A DNA stretch of 63,216 nucleotides, filler included, from Sphacelaria rigidula (lineage: Eukaryota): the NCBI GenBank assembly GCA_964200075.2. It is 6 parts of 6 records of this genome, joined end to end, with 100 filler letters (N's around TTAATTAATTAA, not from the genome) between each part and the next. Parts side by side here need not be neighbours in the genome. Positions count along the whole stretch, not along the records: positions 10,555 to 21,007 come from CAXNAA020006462.1; positions 21,108 to 31,560 come from CAXNAA020006463.1; 4 more parts are not named here. One strand, 5' to 3'. Of the stretch, positions 12,340 to 23,542 are shown in pieces. The notes under the pieces are model-generated. The model was not told the DNA's origin, ran no database searches, and worked only from the letters and a program-made list of their open reading frames with translations. The first letter of the stretch is position 1, and each line of letters starts with the position of its first letter. The position numbers and the translations under genes were made by a program.

Positions 12340-13100
12340 GTTTTCTTCAAAATACCAGCCGGCAGCGCCCATCTCGATATGAAATATAATCCTCGACTTT
12401 TTTTTGTTTTTCTGGGATTTTCGTAAAGATGCCAACCGCAAAAAAGAAGCGGCTTAGGCTACTTATCATGTATTGAAAAAAACTCGTTCAAAAATGCCTT
12501 TTTCGCCCTTCTCCGTCGTTTTTCTCCCGAAAAGAGGGCTAGGCGGATGGTGACACCTTGGAATGACTTGCTCTATTCTCTATTCGCTGAGGCCGTTTCA
12601 GAGCACCTTTGCGTTTCCCGTAGGTCACAGTTTCGTTCTTGGCCAGAAATGCATTTTGAATACTAATTGGTCAAGTTATAAAAAAAACAAGGGAAAACTG
12701 ACATTTTCTTTATAACTTGACCGTTTGTTATTGAAAATGCAAGATTGGCCAAAAAGAAAGATGTGACGTACGCCAAACACAAAGGTGCTCTGGAACGGTC
12801 CCAGCGAGTAAAGCAAGCCATTCCAAGGTATCAACATCCGCCTAGCCCTCTTTTCGGGGGGAAAATGACGGAGGAGGGCCAAAAGCGCACTCTTCAACAA
12901 ATTTTTATTTTGTGATACGTACGAAGTAGCCTTAGATTTTTTCCGGCCGTTTTCTAAGAAAATGCAGCTCGAAAAGACCAACCGTAAGAAACGATCGACT
13001 GATGATAATAATGTCATCGCATCGGCCGTATATTTACGTTTTGATTTTATTTTTTTCGCCTCCCTGTGCAATTTTTTTCCCTGCCGGCTTTGGTGGAAAA
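12340..13100. mobile_element. Intronic foldback/MITE with long imperfect inverted arms
   Basis: ~12440-12662 is the reverse complement of ~12728-12960 (gagggctaggcggatg/catccgcctagccctc; agagcaccttt/aaaggtgctct). Confidence 0.75.
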
Positions 13101-13404
13101 GGGAGAGTTTCGTTTGCTCGTACAGTACTCGTAGTATTCATGTTTTCAATATTGGATTTGTGTCAACATTGTAGTATATTGTAGTATAGTCAGTAAAAGT
13201 GGTATACATTGAAAGTCCCACTACAGTGCGGTCCTCCAAAGTGAGGGGTCCCACATCAGTGCGGTCAAGACCACTAGTCACGAGTCCGAGCGGGAGTTCA
13301 CTTACACCGGTATACCATAAAAATGCGAGGCGGTCCACGGTATGCGATCTTCTTTAACTTGCTTTTTTATGGCAACCCTGTGCGGTAACTCCGATCCATG
13401 TGTG

Positions 13405-13584
13405 ATGACCCCAATCATTGTGCAATGACCCCAACCACCATGCGATGACTCCAACCGCTTTACAATGACTCCAACCACTTTGCAATGACTCCAACCACTT
13501 TGCGATGATTCCAACCACTTTGCAATTACTCCAACCACTTTGCGATGACTCCAACCACTGTGCGATGACTGCGACCACTGTGCG
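13405..13584 (+). repeat. 20-bp minisatellite (GATGACTCCAACCACTTTGC) x ~9
   Basis: Head-to-tail copies with no spacers. Confidence 0.9.
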
Positions 13585-14415
13585 AAAATCGAATCGTATC
13601 GCTGGGTTTATATATTTTTACGCACACCCCTGTGCGAGAACTCCAAAACGCCCGATACTGAATAAAAATCACAGCGGCAATACTTGGTGTTTTCAACCCA
13701 TACCCCCACACCCCTGCGCTGACTCGCACTTTTGCTGTGGTGTGGGGTCCCTGAAGTGGGGTCATGCCGGGCTGGCGACCCATCGCCTTGTACAGGGACG
13801 GACCCCCCAACCCTTCATTAAATAGTCATGGGTATTGTCGTAAGAGTGTCGCACTTGAATGGGTCGATTTTGAACGTCGACCGGCGGGAATCAACACTTC
13901 GAAGAAAAATAATAACAGACGTTTTTTTCTAGACTAAATATCTGACATTTTCGAACAGTTTCTAATTTTCCGAAAAATGTGGAAGCGAGTTTCTTAACAA
14001 GGTCAGGCAAATAGTAAGTTGAAGACTTACGGATCACTCCGAAAATCTAGAGTCGGATGTTTTTTTTCGGAGAAATCGGGAAAATAATTCCAATTCATCC
14101 GAAAAAGTCTGGAAAGTCTGAAGGAAAAATTCTCATTAAATAATGTCCCTATTTCAAAAGAGAAGACGTAACCTTCCCGTCTATCGGCCAAAAGTCAGGC
14201 AGACTCATTGCACTTGCATACCGGCATTATCTTTTTTTCTTGTGTTTTTTTGTCATATATTTTTCTTCTTCTCTTCTTCCCTTCATTTTCCCTTTTTTCT
14301 GTTTCTCACGCTGGTACTTTTTTCTGTGTTGTAGCTGTTTCCGTTTCTGTTTCTGATCTGTGATCCTTATTCCTCCCCCCCCCCCCCCCGATATTCATTT
14401 TTTTATAACCAAAAG

Positions 14416-14596
14416 GTACAGTACCCGACTGTGGACGGGGTCGATGCAAGGTTGGGCCGCGCGCCGCAAGGAAGCGTGGGAGCGTGCGTTTGGTCCCGAA
14501 GAGGTTCGGCTGCCCGCGAAGGACTGGTCGGTGTGCACGTTAGAGGAGAGAGATAGGATTGGGGCCAGCGTACTCCGCTATCGCTTCCGTCTCGAG
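14416..14596 (+). CDS. Exon B: start of cytochrome-b5-reductase-like FAD-binding domain
   Basis: AG|G TAC...GAG|GT; WSVCTLEERDRIGASVLRYRFRLE resembles CBR FKLxEKxxISHDTRRFRFAL. Confidence 0.8.
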
Positions 14597-14704
14597 GTGC
14601 CCACGCTATAGAGAAATGTACACCGACGCGTTCTCCGAAAATACCTTTTTTGTGTCACGCAGTCATGCGCATCCGTGCCTGGTTATGTCTGTGTCTGAGG
14701 TCAC

Positions 14705-15025
14705 CCATGAATTTCTGGACGCCAGTCTACACCGTTCGGTATATTTTGGCGTATCTAACACAGGAGGAAGGTCACACACAGGAGTTCTCCCTTTTTCTGG
14801 TCGGTCTCCGCCCTCCTTCTGGGGTGCCCGCCCTTCGTTTTATCGCGAGCAGGGGTCCGGCGGCCCCTTTTTGTCGTCGACCGCAGTGAAAAAAATTGTG
14901 TACTCACGACATGGTCTTCCTCCACTGTTGGGCATGATGTGATGGAAAATCCCCAGATCGTGTGACTTCGCAGAGATGATGGGTAAGTTACATAGGCTAC
15001 CAACTGAGCCCCCGGGTCGACCGGC
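14705..15025 (-). mobile_element. SINE family A (B box deleted)
   Basis: Homology to 11080-11363. Confidence 0.8.
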
Positions 15026-16991
15026 TAACATTCATGCACTCAAGGTATTTGGCCCGAAAGTGGTGGTCACTTTCTTCACGTTTACCCACCATGAATGGAT
15101 CGTACACGGGTGATGAAACACGTCGTCAGCTCATGAGCCGCTACCTATTGTAAGTAGTCGAGGAGGACTCTTAGATCAGTAGAGCAAGAACACAAAATAC
15201 GTGACCACGAGGTCATGATCCGGATCAGTACACTAATAAGAAGTAATATTTGGGTAGCTCACGAGCTATAATAGTTGTCCAACGTGTGAGTGGTTCTACG
15301 ATCATGGGGTGGGAGAGGATAGGAGTTCGGTGTTTCGGGCCTCTCCTTGCAGGAGGGATCTTGTTCGAAGCATCGATGCAGACAGCCAAGTTTTATTCTG
15401 AATGTCTCAAGTATCAACAAGCATAGCGCACGCGGGTCATTCCCTCCCACTTGACAAGGTTTTTATTCACCCCAATACATGTTTGGCAGGCCCATGTCGA
15501 GTGCGTTGAGGTTGCGTAAGGCACCGCCGGTAAAACTCCTCAGTTTCGTGCAATCAACTCCCCCCGCCCCCCTCCTCCCGTATATCCCCAGGATGACTCG
15601 CAAGTTTGCAAGGGTTGGGTGAATCATCCAAGGGTGTGTTGGGCATGGAAATTACCCAGGTGTTTACTCTCCCGACTTTTGTATTGCGATGATCCGATCT
15701 CCAAAACCTACACACATATTGGGTTTTTATAGTTGGGTACGATCGTGATACTCTACCCGATATCTGGGTATAGTTAAGTAGGATCTCAATACTTTACCCC
15801 CAAGTTTTGGGTACTTACAAGACGAGTTTTCAAAAATACCCAAATGATCCTAACTGCTCGAACAACCAAATCTGCGATTTCTGAAGCCTAACTGCTCGGA
15901 AGAGAGGAACATGTTGACCTCGGGCGAAAAAAAAAGCTCTACTCAATTTTTCGCGGTGTTTTGCGTGCCGAGGGTTTGCGTGTCTGAGGGTGTAACGCTG
16001 AAAGTAAGGCCTGCAGGGCACAGGTCCAACAGATGCTATCATAGGTATTAATAGCAGTTTTGTGCTTTTGACGTAAGGTAGTCTTCTACCGAGGGACGAC
16101 ATTTTGTTTCTTCAGCACGCTCAAAACTCATGAGCTTCACGTGAGAAGTGACCGACTGTGGAGGCAGCAGGAAGCGGTGGCGTGGAATACAGACGATTGG
16201 TCGCTGGTCCGCTGTGTGAGAATTTCACGGTTCGAATCACCAAATACCCCGATTTTCCAGGCCTGGTTGCTCGAAAGAGAGAAGAATGTTGACCGCTGGT
16301 CAAAAAGGTCTCCACGCAACTTTCGTGCCATTCCACGTACCTGGGCTGCGCGTGCCTGGGTTGCAACGCTGAAAACAAAGCCTATGGATTGATTCGTACG
16401 GTACGAATCAATTACACTAAAATCAAGTCATTTCCAGATGAATCATCAAATCGTCCGACCCTCGGAGGATTTTAATGGTAAGCGAAGCTTGGAAAACGAA
16501 CCATGGCGCGAGGGTCCCGTCACCCTCCTCCTTCCTCCGGTAACGTAAATATCATTTCAAAAATTGATTTTGAGAGCATGTTTAAAAACAAAAATCGTAT
16601 TACGTGGATTTCCAAATCCAAAAAGCTCAAACATATATAAATGTATGTATGTATTAACCTTCAAGCTCCCACCAGCCGTTTTCATGGGGTGGAAAGTACG
16701 GGTATTGGGCGATCGCGTCGGAAATTCTCGTCGGGAGTCTTGTGCTCTCACATGTTGCATTTTTGGAAGAACTGCGTTCTTATTCCCGACAAAAACCGGA
16801 ATCTCGGGGAAAAAAATACATATCTGTTCACAGGACCCCTTCCCCCCCCCCCCCCCCCCACCCCCCCCCCCCCCCCACCCCCCCCCCCCCCCTCCCCCCC
16901 CCTCCTCNNNNNNNNNNTTTTTTTAAGAACTGCGTTTTTTTTCCCCACAAAAACCGGAATTTCGGGGAAAAAAAAAAAAATCTTTTTCCAC

Positions 16992-17022
<31 letters not shown>

Positions 17023-17096
17023 TCTTTACTACATTGACACGCGTTGTGTTTTCTACCTTGACGTGCATGCGCTGTATACTGATGCGGGGAAAACAG

Positions 17097-17171
17097 GGCG
17101 GGCCTAACGCGGTGCTTCCGCTGGAGCTGGGACAAGAGCTCACGTTGTGTGGTCTCGATCCGTACAATCAG
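17097..17171 (+). CDS. Exon C (FAD-binding domain)
   Basis: CAG|...CAG|GT, 75 nt, phase 0; GGPNAVLPLELGQELTLCGLDPYNQ resembles VLGLPxGQHIxL. Confidence 0.8.
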
Positions 17172-17704
17172 GTATCGTACAGGGGTGGTGTGCTTTGCTC
17201 CATACATGAGCAATGCCACGGTAGGGGTCGCACGTTTTTGGCGAAAACGTTTCTCGGGGCTGCTCGGGGTGTCATACGAGTCATTTTTGAGAATCGTCAT
17301 CATTTTTTACTCGAAAAAGACTGAAAATGATGCCGATTCACAAGGAGGCCCCCGTGTGCAAACACCATATTTCTGGGAGTGCGGTCCCCGGAGACTTGGG
17401 TTGCACAGTAAGCCCTATATATTTGTGCTCCTACAAAAAAGAGATCCAGAAACAAGAAGTGCAAACCCTCCCGTAGCATTACTCACATGGTGTACTTTTT
17501 TTGTGCAAAGCTCGATGATTTTTATATTGTCGGTAGGCTCATTGATTGATTGATTGATTATCTCACATGAGCTGATGACAACAATCCAGCGTACTGTAGC
17601 GCACTCATGAGATGAGATGAGGAGTAAGGGTGAGACGTTGTCTGGATTTTTTTTCATCTGGCGGAGATGGGATGCCGCGGTGTATCTGTGTGTCTGTGTG
17701 TGTT

Positions 17705-18040
17705 GTCCCATCCATTCTCCACGACAGTCTACACCTTTCGGTGTATGTGGGCGTTTCAGCCGGGGTCACGCAGGAGGAAGGTCAACACGAGAGTTTCAAT
17801 ATTTGTTGTGTTTCCGTGCTCCATATTTCTTCTGTGGTGCTCCAGAAGAGTTTGGCGGCGCCCGTCCCTCGTCGACGACCGTGAAGTCGAACTTTGTGTA
17901 CCCACGACATAGTCGCTCTTCACGGTCGGGCATGATGTGAGGGAAAAATTCCAGATCGTGTGATTTCGTCGAGATTCGAACCCACGCCCCAATCATCAGA
18001 ACGTTTCGACGTTACCAACGTAGCCACCGGGGTGACCGGT
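17705..18040 (-). mobile_element. SINE family A
   Basis: B box GGTTCGAATC plus body homology. Confidence 0.8.
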
Positions 18041-18811
18041 TAGATAGGACGCTTCGCTTTTGGTTATTTTGGGTACATTCATGTTGTGATGACGGCTGAG
18101 TTCCATCGGGAGTCAGTTGATGAGCGACAATCGCAGTGTTGTTCTGTCTCGGGGACGTGTAGCGTGTGACCGCGGCTGGATCCCTGGAGCGTCAGTTGAA
18201 GTGCGACAATCAAATCAAATTAAGAAAATAAAAATCGCTAAATCAAATCAATATAGAGGGAGAGGGTTGTAGAGGTGGATACGGAGTCTATTTTCTTAGA
18301 TGAGAAAAAGACGTTCTATTATTGTTTCACGGGAAGCAACGTCCGACGCCATTATTGTGAGGGAAAATGGAGGAGAATGGAGGCAAACAGATTGCCTTAA
18401 TTTTGTTGTTTCAGTGTTGGTTTTTTCGTGAGTGGTGGTGTAGATCAACCAGCAATCGAAATGATGTGACGGTATGGGCACATCGCAGCTTGCATTGAAA
18501 ACTGAAGTCAAAATCTGGTGTGAAATCTACGGCGTGCGCCCCCCGTCATGCTCCATGTTGACCAGCATGTCAGATGCGCCCGTGATTGGTGCTTGCAAGT
18601 TGAGGCACCAAAAAAAAGGCAACTGCTCCCCCACCCACCATTCATGCGACTCGCCGAACACACCACGGCGCTTCGCGCTTGGTGATCACGAGCCTGGTCC
18701 AGCGAAAACCCGGCGTGCTCCGTTCCGATTTCGTAGGGATGCGAGGTCAATGGTATTATGACTATGGCCTGAAAAATAAAAAAACCCTCTTCCCCCTCCC
18801 CCCCTCCCCAT

Positions 18812-19400
18812 CCAGCCTTGTCCGGCGAGAACCCGGCGCGCTCCGTCCCGGCTTTGTAGGGGCGCGCCCCCGATAAGGTTGACGTCGGTTGGCGATGATG
18901 CTATAAAATACGCTACTCACTGCGTCAGCTAGGCAACCAGGTTACCGCTTTGTTTTGGCGCGCTTGCGGGGTTTTTTTGCGGTAACCATGATGATTGTCG
19001 AGCTAGATCATGTTGTGCGGTGTGGGAGAACCTCAACTCCGCACAATGGGGATGATCGCACTGCGTAGTGTTGGAATGGTGAGACACCCATGGAGCAAGG
19101 TATAAGCCGTGGCTGTCTCTGGAAGTGGCAACACTAGATAATGAAGTAACTCATTGTAGGCTGTCATCCCAATGCAAGATAATCAGTAGGCCTCGGGCCG
19201 AACATGCTTGGCAGGATGCAGCTCACCCTTCATGCGACTCGCCCAACACATCACGGCGCTTCGCGCTTGGTGATTGGATTGCGAGCTTGGTCCGGCGAGA
19301 ACCCGGCGTGCTCCGTCCCGGCTTTGTAGGGATGCGAGATCAATGGTCACATGACTATAGCATGCATGATCTTGAGTACATCTCCTCCCTTCCCCCTCCC
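18812..19400 (+). mobile_element. Non-autonomous retroposon family B (full length, ~560 bp, C-run flanked)
   Basis: Near-full copies at 30912-31452(-), 52765-53310 and 60203-60771; partial copies at 18640-18770, 20350-20530, 21108-21305, 21320-21620, 41225-41412, 42035-42112, 52600-52664. Confidence 0.85.
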
Positions 19401-19419
19401 CCCTCCCCCCTCCTCGTCC

Positions 19420-20110
19420 ATAGTCGAGAAAGTATAAAGGGCATGGGAGGAAACCAACACTAGATGATGTTTATAGGTGAATGTGGGGAGTATAAGACAA
19501 AAATAATAGGTATGATAAAACTAAGGGAGAGACAAGCGCTAAAATGGAATGTAGACGAGGAAGAGCACCTGAAGATATACCTGGGGTTGAGAAGGGGGAT
19601 AGGAGTGAAAACACATCTGCACGGTCCGATGGACTACGCAAAAAAATTAAACTCAATTTCGCGTGAGGGACCCAGACCTGCCAGAAAGAAGACAAAGATA
19701 TACCGGTAGTCGGGTGGAGGAGGAAGTATCGTAGATGCACCGAATTGCTCCTGTGGCAAAGCAATAGAGAGTAGAACTCATATGGTGGCAGAATGTGAAC
19801 TATACAAGGAGGAACGGGACGCGTTTGAAGGGGAAATGTGGGAACTAAACGAAGGTGGCATGGAATCGTTTGGCACACTAGACAGTAGCGAAAAAGCGAT
19901 CGCTATACTAGGGAGATAGATGGTGGCCATAGACGACGGGTCAGGGAGGGTACAAGATATGTAAAAGTTTCGTCTGTAGTGTATGAGAAACATAATGGGC
20001 TTTCAAATGTTGGCGTCTCTACCAGGAGCAGGAATGGTGCTCCGTCTCGAAAGGCATGCGTGGTCAATGGTCGAATGACTTGAGCAAGCAACAAACGAGT
20101 CCCACTCCCC
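19420..20110 (+). mobile_element. 5'-truncated LINE 3' fragment
   Basis: Homologous to 45990-46630 (DEEEHLKIYxGLRxGIGxKxxLH..CxCG..ESRxHxVAEC). Confidence 0.85.
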
Positions 20111-20610
20111 CATCCGTCCGACTGTCCGAGATATAGAAAAGATTTTGTGTACGACACGGTAATGTAAGGAAGAAACGCAATGAGCGCCCAATTATTGGAG
20201 ATATCTGTTTGTAGGAGTAGGACCGGTACTCCGTCTCGAAAGGGATGCCTGGTCAAAGATCAAAGGACTAAGGCAAACAACGAATGGCTACTCCCCCCCC
20301 CGCGCGCGCGGGATGCAAGATAGTCGGTTCGCTTCGTGCGAAGCACTCTCAGCTAGATGTGGCTCATCCTTCATGCGATTCGCCGAATACATCACGGCGC
20401 TTTGCGCTTGGTGGTTGATTGCGAACCTGGTCCGACGAAAACCTGGCGTGCTCCGTCCCGGCTTCAAAGGGATGCGAGGTCAACGGTGTTAGGACTGGGA
20501 ACGCAATATTATGAGTACCCCTCCCTTTCCCCTGCCGCGCCCCTCACCTCTCTTCCCCAACTCCCGCCTTGTGCACCGTGCAATCCGCCCCACCCGTAAC
20601 GGTTATTTAG

Positions 20611-20767
20611 GTGGTGCACAGTAGCTTCGTTCCTCTGTCACCTCGGCAACAAAGAGGCTATTTCGACATCGTTGTGAAAAGAGACGTGGGCGGCCAGCTA
20701 GATGATGGGTTAGGGACTACCCGAAGCGAAAAGGAATTCTCCCGCTTCCTCGACAATCTTCCAGTAG
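20611..20767 (+). CDS. Exon D (FAD-binding domain end; donor after 20763 or 20767); downstream exons not on this contig
   Basis: TAG|; VVHSSFVPLSPRQQRGYFDIVVKR...EFSRFLDNLPVG resembles VVRSYTPxS..KGYFDLVIK..GKMSxxLDxLxxG. Confidence 0.82.
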
Positions 20768-20904
20768 GTGTGCATGTATGTGGGGACTTTGTTTTCTGTT
20801 GTCTTAAAACCTCCCCCCCCCTCCTCCCTCCCCCCGTAGCTGTGCCTGGTCTCGCAAGGGATGCGTGGTCAATGGCCAAATGACTAGGGCGAGCAGCAAA
20901 TGAG

Positions 20905-20947
<43 letters not shown>

Positions 20948-21911
20948 ACCCCTCGCCCACCCCATCACCTCTTGCCACCCCCACCCCCCCCCCCTCCCCC
21001 CACCCCCNNNNNNNNNNNNNNNNNNNNNNNNNNNNNNNNNNNNNNNNNNNNTTAATTAATTAANNNNNNNNNNNNNNNNNNNNNNNNNNNNNNNNNNNNN
21101 NNNNNNNCTTTCGGGCCGAACAATCTTAGCAGGATGCAGCTCACCCTTCATGCGACTAGCCGAACACACCACGGCTTCGCGCTTGGTGATTGAGTGCGAA
21201 CCTGGTCCGGCAAAAACCCGTTTTACTCCGTCCCGGCCTTGTAAGGATGCGAGGTCAATGGTCTGATAGCTATGGCATGCATGATCATGAGCACACCCCT
21301 CCCCTCAACTGGCAAAGGGGATCGCCATACTACGTAATGTTCAAATGGTGAGACACCCATGAGGCAGTGTGTAAGGTATGACTGTCTCCGGAAGTGGCGG
21401 TACCAGAAAATGAAGCAGTACATTGGAGGCTGCCATTTATATGCAAGGTACAATTAGTAGGCTTGGGGCCGAACAACCTTAGCAGGATGCAGCTCACCCT
21501 TCATGCGATTCGCCGAACACATCACAGCGCTTCGCGCTTGGTGAGTGATTACGAGCCTGGTCCGGCGAAAACTCGGTGTGGTCCGTCCCGGCTTTGTAGG
21601 GGCGCGAGATCAATTGGCTTCATTTTTCATCAAAATTGGCGTGGTCGAGGCCTTCCGGTTCACGACAAAACCTATTCGCGGTAAAACCCCCCGACAATCA
21701 CGACAGCCTTGTTCATTCTGCTTACAAAAAGAAGAGCAGATTTGCCAAGGGTGCACGAAAAAGATTCCCCCGCACCTACGTACCCCCCCTTCCCCTGGAG
21801 AGCCGGAAAAAACATGTATATTTTATCTCCTCTGCTTCCCCCATCTCAATTCGTGTGTACAATGCCCGTTACAGGGGTGGCAAATCTCTCCGTTCAGGCA
21901 TCACAGACCCT

Positions 21912-22085
21912 CCACACGCGGCCATTCGGCTACACCCCAAAACGCCTCCGGAGAGATGCGTGGCCCTCCAGGGGAAAAAGAAGCCTTCGAAGACCTTTAA
22001 TCCCTCTGGAGGAAACCAAACTCCACCGACCCGGAGGGCCGCGCACCCCTCCGAAGGAATCTGGGGGTATGCGTGGCCCTCCAGA
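21912..22085 (+). mobile_element. MITE family M2, partial
   Basis: Left TIR CACACGCGGCCATT.GGCTAC plus internal CCTCCAGGGG/CCTCCGGAGG repeats. Confidence 0.75.
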
Positions 22086-22493
22086 GCCGTGTGTCCCTCC
22101 CCCCCTTGGCCTTATTATACTTGAATATATGACACATTTGTCATAACCAGCACAGAAGCAGTATGAAGGTGTCTGCACGCCGTTGCATCGGCTGAAGGAG
22201 TTAATCTTAATTCACAAGACACAGACACGACCTGTTGTTTCTCGAATCTCCTCCAGTGACTGTTCCCACCCGATAAATTACCTTTGGTGCGCACGCCTAT
22301 CTTGTTGCATACGATAGGTCAACATAGGGGGCACGATGGCACCCCGGGGGCCTTCGCATTGAAATAAATACATATGCGATTATTATGCGTATACATTGTC
22401 ATTATCCATGAGGTGTCCCAGTCAGTAGAGATCAACACAATAAATATTGTTTGCCAGTTTAAGAGAGGAGGCAGCTTGCCTGATGTAGCCGTG

Positions 22494-22826
22494 CACACGC
22501 GGCCATTTCGCTACCTCCAAAATTCCTCCAGGTGGGAAAAATTTTCGAGCCTCCAGAGGAATTGAACGCCTCCGGAGGGGTGCGAGGCCCTCCAGGGGAG
22601 ATTTTTCGGTTTCCTCCAGAGGGATTACTGCCTCCGGCGGCTTATTTTTGCCTCTGGAGGGCCACGCATATCCCCAAATTCCTCCGGAGAGGTACGCGGC
22701 CCTCCAGGTCGGTAGTGTTTGGTTTCCTCCAAAGGGATTGAAGGCCTCCGGAGGCTTGTTTTCCCCCTGGAGGGCCGCGCATCCCTCCGGAGGCATTTTG
22801 GGGGGTAGTCAAATGGCCGCGTGTGT
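22494..22826 (-). mobile_element. MITE family M2 (TIR CACACGCGGCCATTTGGCTAC)
   Basis: Both TIRs present; another full copy at 43091-43415. Confidence 0.85.
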
Positions 22827-22954
22827 GGTGGTTGTATTATTATTATTTTGACGTGCAGTGCATTCTTGCAGATTTTTACCTGCCGACCCCCTTACACTTC
22901 CCGATTTCTAATTATTATTTTCCCCTTGAGTTCAGCACGAATAATGCTTACGAG

Positions 22955-23300
22955 TACCCCCCGGTGGCTCAGTTGGCAACCTCGAAACCTTCTGACGGTT
23001 GGGTCGTGGGTTCAATTCTCGGAGCGATCTGGGATTTTTTCTCACACAATGCCCAACAGTGGAGAGCGACCATGTCGTGGGTACACAAAATTCGAATAAA
23101 CGATCGACGAGGGAAAGGAACTGCCAAACTCATCTCGCGATAAAAAATGAAGGGAAGCACCGCAGAAGGACAGTGGGGTATTAAACAAAAGAAAAAAGAA
23201 AAAGCTCCTGTGTTGACCTTCCTCCTATGTGACCGTGGCTGGTACGCCCACATATATATACCGAAAGGTGTAGACCGGCGCCCAGAATAGATGGGACCTT
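22955..23300 (+). mobile_element. SINE family A
   Basis: TGGCTCAGTTGG, GGTTCAATTC and body homology. Confidence 0.8.
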
Positions 23301-23542
23301 GTATTTGAAAAAAAACGAGCCTGAGATTCTTAACTACGAAATTCTCAACATAATTATACTGTATGTATGTTAATTTAGAGAGTTTCGGAAAACGCTTTTT
23401 TGTCATTTAAGAGTGCAAATATCTCAGGATCAGAGTACAGAATAAAATAAAATAAAACATCGAAAAACAGTTAGGGGGATACCACAATTGACGGAGGGGG
23501 AAATAACTTTTCCTTACGCTCATGTCGCACTCTGTAATACTA

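Noticed and set aside
13405-13584. CRISPR array or repeat protein (WLESSQSG ORFs)
   Set aside because: Contiguous 20-bp minisatellite inside an intron; the ORFs are by-products.
16760-17030. Tandem duplication and poly-Pro ORFs
   Set aside because: The duplicate flanks a 10-N gap at a C homopolymer; likely a scaffolding artefact (similarly 11570-11705).
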